A program made the translations under genes and the position numbers. This document shows positions 18,567 through 25,804 of a stretch of 64,000 nucleotides of DNA, piece by piece. A model generated the notes under the pieces. The model had not been told where the DNA came from. It ran no database searches and saw only the letters and a list, made by a program, of their open reading frames with translations. Location: sequence record OR805292.1; one strand, 5' to 3'. The first letter of the stretch is position 1. Every line of letters begins with the position of its first letter.

Positions 18567-21251
18567 ATGGCTATTAAAAATTTTAGCATAAGTGGCATCG
18601 GACGCGATGTCCAGCTAGGCAAAAAAGGCGGCCGCCTCTCTTTTACAAGCGGTGTATTTGCATTCACTAGTGACCTGGGCGGTACTAACTATGCACCTGT
18701 TATAGGCGGAACACCCCTACAACCAGAACATTTAGCAACTAAAGCATATGTAGATTCTATAAGCGGCGGAATAAAACCACTCCAAAGTGTTTCGGTTTCT
18801 ACACAACAGTCATATACTGTAGATGGTAATAATACTAATCCGGGAACAGGTGCAACTTGGGCTGCCGGTGTATTTAGTGATTTCCCCAGAACAGTAGACG
18901 GACATGTACTGGAAATGGGAAGTCGTGTTTTAGTTAGACTAGAAGGTATAACTATAACAGGCGACACACCTACTGTCGATGATGCTGGCGCAGCTAGAAA
19001 TGGTATTTATATTGTTACTAACGTAGACACGGAAAACAATACAGTTACATTAGACAGGGCACCAGATTCGGACGAAGATAATGAGTTTATATTTGGCTCA
19101 TATGTTCTTGTAGAAAACGGTACTTCTGCAGGTGACGGTTATACTTTAACTGCACAATACGGTGGTTCAGAAGTTACTCCTCCTAACCAGATGAACGTTG
19201 ATCCGCAATTCTGGGTAAAATACACTTCTGCAGGTGCAACATATACTGCCGGCGCTGGCCTAGCGTTGTCGGATAACGAATTTTCGTTAAGTATTCCTAC
19301 TTTATCGGATTTTACAGGCACTGCTGCTGATACATTATCTCTAGCAGTATCTAACGGTACAACTAATAATAAATTAACAGTAAATAAATTATTTACTGAT
19401 TTAGGAGTTGTTACTGCGTTAGGACAAACTGATGGTGTTATAGTAAAATCTGGTTCTAGCTATGTAAGCAGAACTATAGTTGCAGATACTACTGGCAATA
19501 AACTAGGTATTGCTGTATCTAATACAGACGGTTCTGCAGGAAATATAACAGTAGGGTTAGATGTAAATGGATTAACTGCCGTTTCCTCTGCACTAAACGA
19601 TACTGATGTCCTCCCAATATACGATGGAACTAGTAATAAAAAGGTTTCTATAAGCCAATTAGCTGCCGAATTTACATCTGGTTTTTCTTCTAATAGTATT
19701 TCTCAATTAGATAGTTCTGTTGTAGTAACGGACACAGGATCTAACGGTACAATTACCTTTACTGCCGATAATACTGCTGTTGCTACTATTACTTCTGCAG
19801 GTCTTACTTCGTCTAATTTAACTGCAAGTAACTTAACTAGCGGAAGAATAGTACTGGCAGGAACTTCCGGTCATTTAGAAGATAACTCTGCTCTTACTTT
19901 TTCTGCAGGTATACTGAATGTAGGATCACTGACTGTAGATAGTGCTACTAGTACAATTTCTACAACAGAAACAAACGGAAACATAATTATTGCGCCAAAC
20001 GGTACAGGCGAAGTAGTAATACAAGGCAATGGTAATGCAGAAATAAGTGCAGAACTAGGTGAACAACTAAGTCTACGCGGTGACGGTGTTATTATAGGAA
20101 ACACTGCAAACACAGTAGACTATATTACTGCAACAGAAACTAATACTATATTCTATTCTACATTAGCAAATAATATAGCCATTGCCGGCGCCGCTGCGAG
20201 TTCAAACCCGTCTATTACTGCATTAGGTTCAGATACAAACTTAGGTCTAAACTTAGGAGTAAAAGGCACAGGAAAAATTGTTGTTACTGGCGTAACAGCA
20301 TCTGCATATTCTTCTGGCTTAACTGACGAATCGTTAGTTAACAAACTATATGTAGATACTGCTGTTTCGGGTGCTTCTGGCAACATAACAGCACTACAAA
20401 CAGAAGTAAATGCCATAGAAACTTCCGTAGGATTGAATACAGACGGAACTCTTTCTGCATATACCGGAACAAACTATTTAGACTCTGCAACTACTATAAG
20501 ACAGGCTACTACTTTACTTGACGCACAAGTAAAAACTAATGCAGACGATATATTAGATAAAGCAGATCAAACAGAAGTAGATGCTATAGAGACTGCTGTT
20601 GGATTAGGAACAGATGGCACACTAGCACCTTATACTGGAACAAATTATTTAAATTCTGCAACTAGTATAAAACAAGCAACTATTTTGCTAGATACACAAA
20701 TAAAGTCCAACGAAGACGATATAGCACTAAAAGCCAACCAAACAGAAGTAGATGCTATAGAAACAGGCGCTGGGCTTAATACAGACGGTACTTATACTGC
20801 CGATGCAACTACTAACTATATAACTACTGCTACAAGTTTAGCTAATGCAGACAAGTTATTAGATGCACAAATTAAAATTAATACCGATGCTATTGCACAA
20901 TTAGGTTCTGCTGCAGGTTCGGTTCGTACTGTAACATTAGAAAATATTCCATTTGATACTGATAGTTCGACTCCTATAATAGAAGGCACCGATCTACCTG
21001 CAAACGGCATTATTATCAATAGTATAATATTTAAAGTAAATACTGCTGCTGATACTGCTGCCTGGGCTACTGTAACTCATAACTCAGTTACACTAGCATC
21101 AGACACAACTAATGATCCGGAGGTAGCTGGGTTATATCAAGTTGACGTGTTCTCTAATTCGGTCGCTGGACAAGATATTACTCTAACTATAGCTGCACAT
21201 GGTGCAAGTACAGGTACTGTTACTGTATTACTCCAATATACAATTCTATAA
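18567..21251 (+). CDS. Putative virion fibre protein (894 aa)
   Basis: N-terminal VQLGKKGG...HLATKAYVD; Ser/Thr/Gly-rich shaft; three 57-aa repeats; TAAATA at 18531-18536. Confidence 0.75.
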   Translation: MAIKNFSISGIGRDVQLGKKGGRLSFTSGVFAFTSDLGGTNYAPVIGGTPLQPEHLATKAYVDSISGGIKPLQSVSVSTQQSYTVDGNNTNPGTGATWAAGVFSDFPRTVDGHVLEMGSRVLVRLEGITITGDTPTVDDAGAARNGIYIVTNVDTENNTVTLDRAPDSDEDNEFIFGSYVLVENGTSAGDGYTLTAQYGGSEVTPPNQMNVDPQFWVKYTSAGATYTAGAGLALSDNEFSLSIPTLSDFTGTAADTLSLAVSNGTTNNKLTVNKLFTDLGVVTALGQTDGVIVKSGSSYVSRTIVADTTGNKLGIAVSNTDGSAGNITVGLDVNGLTAVSSALNDTDVLPIYDGTSNKKVSISQLAAEFTSGFSSNSISQLDSSVVVTDTGSNGTITFTADNTAVATITSAGLTSSNLTASNLTSGRIVLAGTSGHLEDNSALTFSAGILNVGSLTVDSATSTISTTETNGNIIIAPNGTGEVVIQGNGNAEISAELGEQLSLRGDGVIIGNTANTVDYITATETNTIFYSTLANNIAIAGAAASSNPSITALGSDTNLGLNLGVKGTGKIVVTGVTASAYSSGLTDESLVNKLYVDTAVSGASGNITALQTEVNAIETSVGLNTDGTLSAYTGTNYLDSATTIRQATTLLDAQVKTNADDILDKADQTEVDAIETAVGLGTDGTLAPYTGTNYLNSATSIKQATILLDTQIKSNEDDIALKANQTEVDAIETGAGLNTDGTYTADATTNYITTATSLANADKLLDAQIKINTDAIAQLGSAAGSVRTVTLENIPFDTDSSTPIIEGTDLPANGIIINSIIFKVNTAADTAAWATVTHNSVTLASDTTNDPEVAGLYQVDVFSNSVAGQDITLTIAAHGASTGTVTVLLQYTIL
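20397..20900 (+). repeat. Three tandem 171-bp (57-aa) imperfect repeats
   Basis: acagaagta recurs at 20400, 20571 and 20742 (period 171); protein unit QTEVxAIETxxGLxTDGT...TNY...LLDxQxKxNxD. Confidence 0.9.
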
Positions 21252-21263
21252 GTTGTTTTAAAT

Positions 21264-21293
21264 TAAATAAAGGGCCCTAGGGCCCTTTATTTA
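21264..21293. terminator. 30-bp perfect palindrome, terminator of the structural block
   Basis: taaataaagggccctagggccctttattta is its own reverse complement. Confidence 0.8.
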
Positions 21294-21331
21294 TGTATAA
21301 ACAGAGCAGATCACAAAACACAATAAACTCA

Positions 21332-21412
21332 TAAATACTTTCGTATAGTAAAATACTATGCACAGGAGTTCCTGCTCGGAGTAGAGGCTCCAGAGCATGG
21401 GGTTCTTTCGTG
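21332..21412 (+). promoter_or_regulatory. Late promoter plus structured 5' leader of the holin-like gene
   Basis: TAAATA at 21332-21337, then a hairpin at 21343-21361 and a long GC-rich hairpin at 21361-21412 abutting the GAGG SD. Confidence 0.55.
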
Positions 21413-21425
21413 AGGAAACAAAAAA

Positions 21426-21752
21426 ATGTCAGAAAACACTAAACCCCTAACTTCGGACAAAATGCTTAATTGGAAACCGCTGGCGGCATTAGTCTATTTG
21501 TTTATCTGCGTTATGGATTTTGTTGTTATGCCGGTCCTAGTCCATCAATACAACAAAGAAATGTTATCTAAAATTTCTAACTTATCTGAGCAAAATCTTG
21601 TTTTAGAAAAAACAGAAGTTTTAAAATTACAGAAATGGGAACCATTAACATTACAAAACGCAGGGTTGTTTCATATTGCATTTGGCACTATAATAACAGG
21701 TGCGGCAGTGTTTGGCGAAATTAGACAACGTACCAAATCATCTGGCTCTTAA
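21426..21752 (+). CDS. Putative holin (3TM gene-transfer-release holin-like family)
   Basis: WKPLAALVYLFICVMDFVVMP and WEPLTLQNAGLFHIAFGTIITGAAVFG match my recollection of this family's WRP...FDF..P and W.PLTLQ..GLFH patterns; hydrophobic helices. HMM not run. Confidence 0.55.
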   Translation: MSENTKPLTSDKMLNWKPLAALVYLFICVMDFVVMPVLVHQYNKEMLSKISNLSEQNLVLEKTEVLKLQKWEPLTLQNAGLFHIAFGTIITGAAVFGEIRQRTKSSGS

Positions 21753-21811
21753 AATGAATAATACATACACAGTTTTAACCATTCGGGGTTTTGGTAGAAC
21801 TTAAATAGAAT

Positions 21812-21945
21812 ACCCAAGCCCAGACCAGGCTTAAGTATTTTTAATTAATAGCTGACAGTCACACATAACATTGTATCACATATAGCTACTTGGTGCAAGA
21901 ATACAAGTCGGAATTTGTTAGCTGACCCGTTTGGGTCAGCTCTTT
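21812..21945 (+). ncRNA. Candidate small structured RNA
   Basis: ORF-free stretch between TAAATA (21802-21807) and a terminator hairpin, with several stems. Confidence 0.25.
21920..21945 (+). terminator. Intrinsic terminator
   Basis: agctgaccc-gttt-gggtcagct followed by cttt. Confidence 0.7.
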
Positions 21946-21959
21946 AATTGGATTAGACA

Positions 21960-22532
21960 ATGAGCATACTTACCTCTATATTAAATAATACTTTAAATTC
22001 AGTAGTGTTTGTTTATGGTAGAATGAATCCCCCTACAATAGGGCACGGAAAAGTTATATCAGAAATGCTAAAAATAGCAAAAGAATATAATGCTGCGCAT
22101 TGTGTGTTTTTGTCTCATTCTTCTGGAAATAAAAAAAATCCATTACTTTGGGAAGAAAAAGTATCATATATGAAAATGTTTTTTCCTGGGGTAAATATTA
22201 ACGAATCTAAAATAAATAATCCGTTTTCTGCATTAGATTTACTTTCGAAAAAATATAAACACGTAACCTTTATTGCAGGAAGTGATAGATTAGAAGATTA
22301 CAAAAGAAATATGCCTGCATATGCAAAAAGTATAGGCATAGAATTAGATATAATATCGTCTGGTAATAGACTAGAAGAGAGTACTTCTATAGAAGGTGTA
22401 AGTGCATCTAAAGCAAGAAAATTAGTCTTAGAAAACAACTTTGAACTATTTTCTGAATTAATACCATCCGACGATATTGCAGAAAAAAGAAATTTATTTT
22501 TGCTGCTTCAAACTAGATTAATGGATAATTAA
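21960..22532 (+). CDS. Phage cytidyltransferase-like nucleotidyltransferase
   Basis: VFVYGRMNPPTIGH (HIGH-type motif), FIAGSDR and GVSASKAR, typical of T4-like phage cytidyltransferases. Confidence 0.82.
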   Translation: MSILTSILNNTLNSVVFVYGRMNPPTIGHGKVISEMLKIAKEYNAAHCVFLSHSSGNKKNPLLWEEKVSYMKMFFPGVNINESKINNPFSALDLLSKKYKHVTFIAGSDRLEDYKRNMPAYAKSIGIELDIISSGNRLEESTSIEGVSASKARKLVLENNFELFSELIPSDDIAEKRNLFLLLQTRLMDN

Positions 22533-22534
22533 AT

Positions 22535-23482
22535 ATGTTGAAAATAAAAGGAAGTCCATCCGTAGGCAAAATATCAGCAACAATTAATAGACCGTTTTTA
22601 ACTAAAACCTTAGTTACTACGATGCCACAAAACATTGCAAATTTTACTGCAGGATATGGTGGCGGAATGTTGCATATATTCGGAGGCGAAGCTGTTCCTA
22701 GTGTAGGCCAAATACAAATATATAGACGATACAATATAGCAACTAATACCTGGTTAAGTCCTAGCGGAAACATAGGAGCCTGGGCATGGGGAGGCGGCGG
22801 CTATTACAATGGAAGTTTTTGGGCGCTGTGTGGTTCTAATAATGGATATAATACTTCGTATTTTCAGATAAACCCTTCCACTGCAACAGGTACACGATAT
22901 ACAGATATGGCAGGCGGTTCTAGAGGACAAGGAAGAACTGCATCAGTAGATAATCTAAACGTATTTGTTATAGGAGGTATTGGGCAAAATAATATAACAA
23001 ATGCATTGTGTTATAGATTTAATGCTAGTACAAGAGCATGGACAGTAAGAACAAGTATGCCATCGCCAAGAAATGGACATACCATAGGATCGTATAACGG
23101 GAAAATATATGTACTAGGTGGCTGGAACGAAACATCAAACAACCTTTCAGACGTTCTAGAATACAACATATCTACTAATACGTGGACAACTTTACCCACT
23201 ACAATTCCTGGAGTACCTTCTAGCTGGTTCGGTGGGTTTGTGTATAAACAATATGCTGTATACGGCGCGTCATCTTCTTCTAATACGCTTTTATTTAAAA
23301 TATTAGATTTAAATAAAATGACATGGGAAATTTTAGATACCGGCTTGCCGCGCCGCTGGTCTGCAGAATATGTAGTTACAGAAACTGGTGTATATATGAT
23401 AGGCGGTAGTAGTTCTTATCCCGGCGCGTCCAACTATTTTACTGCCCCTAGATATAACGAAATATATTTCTTCAAAGGTTAA
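22535..23482 (+). CDS. Kelch-repeat beta-propeller protein
   Basis: Repeats such as GHTIGSYNGKIYVLGGW...YNISTNTWTTL, VFVIGG...FNASTRAW and VYMIGG. Confidence 0.85.
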   Translation: MLKIKGSPSVGKISATINRPFLTKTLVTTMPQNIANFTAGYGGGMLHIFGGEAVPSVGQIQIYRRYNIATNTWLSPSGNIGAWAWGGGGYYNGSFWALCGSNNGYNTSYFQINPSTATGTRYTDMAGGSRGQGRTASVDNLNVFVIGGIGQNNITNALCYRFNASTRAWTVRTSMPSPRNGHTIGSYNGKIYVLGGWNETSNNLSDVLEYNISTNTWTTLPTTIPGVPSSWFGGFVYKQYAVYGASSSSNTLLFKILDLNKMTWEILDTGLPRRWSAEYVVTETGVYMIGGSSSYPGASNYFTAPRYNEIYFFKG

Positions 23483-23484
23483 AC

Positions 23485-25395
23485 ATGAAATTAGGAAAAT
23501 TTAATCATAACGGAAATTTACATATAAAATATAGACCGGCGCCGTTAGTCGATGTAGGTCCTGTCCTACAATATAAATTTCTAGCAAATGAACCATTAGA
23601 CGAAGCAACAGAATCGATGTCAATTTCGTCTGGCACAGTTTCTATACAAAATAGTTCGTTGTATACTTCCGGCAGCACAGTAAACAATTATTTCTATAGA
23701 AAATTACCCAGTATACTTAAAAATACCAAATTTACAATAGAACTGACAATAAGGTCAGAAGGCGAAATTCCGTCTACTAGTAATATAATAGGTACATGGA
23801 ATTCATCTAACGAATTTTGGTTGTTATCTGTAATTAACAACAATTTAGTATTTCAATGGAATAATGGAACTGCTACTGCCGGTACTAGACAAGTATTTAC
23901 ATTCAGTAATGTACAAGTACCTTCAGACCAAGACGTTCATTTAGCCGTATGTAGAGATGACACTATGTTATATGGATTTGTAAATGGACAACTAGCAGGT
24001 TCGTTTGAAGTGTCATTTGCAGGACATACCAATGTTGTATCGGGGTCTATATTCTCTACAAGAAGCATGGCCACCACAAATAACTATTTTAATGGATATA
24101 GAAAAAATATTAGAATAGTAAATGACAAGGCATTATATGTTGCACCATTTACACTATCTAGCGTAACTATGGCTGATGTAAAGCCAGACTACTATACCCC
24201 AGAGGATGCTAGCTTAGTAGTAGGTCAAATAACATGTAAACGAAATTCATTGTTCCAAGAAACTATGAATACTCCTACTTTACTACTTACAGGTTTATCT
24301 AACTCTACAACAGGACGATTTGTAACAACTACTAATAATACTTCTGGCTTCCAATTTTCTCCTGTAACAAATTGGCAATCTGGCGATTACACAATAGAAT
24401 TATATATAAACTTATCTACAGTAGGCGCAGGTGGCGCCATACTAATAGGTCAATGGACATCTTCAGGTGGGACTGACATTGGATGGTCTATCTCTATGCA
24501 ACAAAATGGAAGCGTCAGGCATTTCTATTCCACTGACGGATTATACGACCAAGCAAACGGTAACTCTGGAGTATTGCAAGCACCTAATGGTACTTTAGTA
24601 TTAAACAAAGATACCCATGTATGTGCAATGCGGAAAAATGGGGTAATAGGATTATTTGTAGATGGTGTTAGACTAGCCCAGGTAAACGAGGCAAGGCCAT
24701 TATGGAATAGTCAAATACCCATTAGAAACACATGGACTGCGCCAGCAGATGGTTATGCATTAGCAGAACGCTGGAATATAAGATGTATTTCTAAAGCAAT
24801 GTATGATATAGACGGTTTCGTGCCGCCGGTTCGTTTACCTACATTTCCTAATTTATTAACAAATACAGGTAGTTATTCGCGCTCTGTATTGTCTGGTACA
24901 ACTACTACAGCAGATACAATGGGAAATATTATACAATTTAATTCCTCCGGGCAAACATCCGGTGGCGGCTACCAAAAATATTTTATATATGGTTCTAAAA
25001 AAATAGAAATAATAGGAAATACCATATCTTCGGATTCAACACAACAAATGAGATATGGCTTAACAAACACAACTCCTACTACATTTGCAGAGTCAGAATC
25101 TGATTTTAATTCCGGTATATTCCCATATGCGTATGCTGATAGAATTAACAGTGTCATTCAAATAGTTAAACAAGGTAGTGTTATAGGTAGTTTGCCTCAT
25201 TCTACTGCCAATCACACCTTTAAAATAACATATGATTTTGAAAATAATCAGTTTACTTATGCAGTTACTTCTGGCACTGCACAAGGACAATCTGTTACTA
25301 CAAGTCTAGATTCTACAATAACACAGAATACTAAGTTTGCAGTATGTGGGACCAAATCTAATATACAAATAACTTCTGTAAAAATACAACAATAA
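23485..25395 (+). CDS. Concanavalin A/LamG-domain virion-associated protein
   Basis: Two LamG-like modules (FTIELTI...HLAVCRD...GFVNGQ...NIRI; YTIELYI...HVCAMRK...LFVDGV...NIRC). Confidence 0.78.
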   Translation: MKLGKFNHNGNLHIKYRPAPLVDVGPVLQYKFLANEPLDEATESMSISSGTVSIQNSSLYTSGSTVNNYFYRKLPSILKNTKFTIELTIRSEGEIPSTSNIIGTWNSSNEFWLLSVINNNLVFQWNNGTATAGTRQVFTFSNVQVPSDQDVHLAVCRDDTMLYGFVNGQLAGSFEVSFAGHTNVVSGSIFSTRSMATTNNYFNGYRKNIRIVNDKALYVAPFTLSSVTMADVKPDYYTPEDASLVVGQITCKRNSLFQETMNTPTLLLTGLSNSTTGRFVTTTNNTSGFQFSPVTNWQSGDYTIELYINLSTVGAGGAILIGQWTSSGGTDIGWSISMQQNGSVRHFYSTDGLYDQANGNSGVLQAPNGTLVLNKDTHVCAMRKNGVIGLFVDGVRLAQVNEARPLWNSQIPIRNTWTAPADGYALAERWNIRCISKAMYDIDGFVPPVRLPTFPNLLTNTGSYSRSVLSGTTTTADTMGNIIQFNSSGQTSGGGYQKYFIYGSKKIEIIGNTISSDSTQQMRYGLTNTTPTTFAESESDFNSGIFPYAYADRINSVIQIVKQGSVIGSLPHSTANHTFKITYDFENNQFTYAVTSGTAQGQSVTTSLDSTITQNTKFAVCGTKSNIQITSVKIQQ

Positions 25396-25420
25396 GTCCT
25401 TTAAATTAGGAAAAATTTCA

Positions 25421-25449
25421 TTGACTAACTCCGTTTACACTAGTATAAT
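25421..25449 (+). promoter_or_regulatory. sigma70-type promoter
   Basis: TTGACT-17 nt-TATAAT. Confidence 0.85.
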
Positions 25450-25475
25450 ATATGCAATGTTTAACGGAGTTAACA

Positions 25476-25751
25476 ATGACTGACATTAATCCAAATTCTC
25501 GCCACTACTCTGCTGAAGACGTCCGGCGAATTAAACAGTTAGTTTCCGAAGGCATGCAAGTCATGCAAGAAATTGAAGATTTAAAAACCGGACTAGCAGA
25601 AACAGTTAAAGCAATTGCAGAAGAAGTAAATGTTAAGCCTTCCCAGCTTAATAAAGTTATTAAAATCGCACATAAACGTTCTTTAAACGAAGAACTAGAT
25701 AAGATTAACGAAGTAGAAGAGATTCTAGACGCAATTAAAGAAGGTCGTTAA
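25476..25751 (+). CDS. DsbA (T4)/GapR (DUF2312)-like dsDNA-binding protein
   Basis: ATG 25476 with GGAG SD (track start 25452). Three-helix pattern IKQLVSE...LAETVKAIAEEVNVKPSQLNKVIKIAHK...EVEEILDAI aligns by eye with GapR and T4 DsbA. Confidence 0.55.
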   Translation: MTDINPNSRHYSAEDVRRIKQLVSEGMQVMQEIEDLKTGLAETVKAIAEEVNVKPSQLNKVIKIAHKRSLNEELDKINEVEEILDAIKEGR

Positions 25752-25763
25752 TATTTTCAAAAC

Positions 25764-25790
25764 AAGCCGTGCTTTTGCGCGGCTTTTTAT
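25764..25790 (+). terminator. Intrinsic terminator
   Basis: aagccgtgc-tttt-gcgcggctt followed by a T tract. Confidence 0.75.
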
Positions 25791-25804
25791 TTTGTAGGAC
25801 AATT

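Noticed and set aside
5705-21019. Numerous 60-146-aa minus-strand ORFs and the 14340-14546 alternative frame
   Set aside because: Shadows of long Ser/Thr-rich structural genes, whose codon bias suppresses antisense stops.
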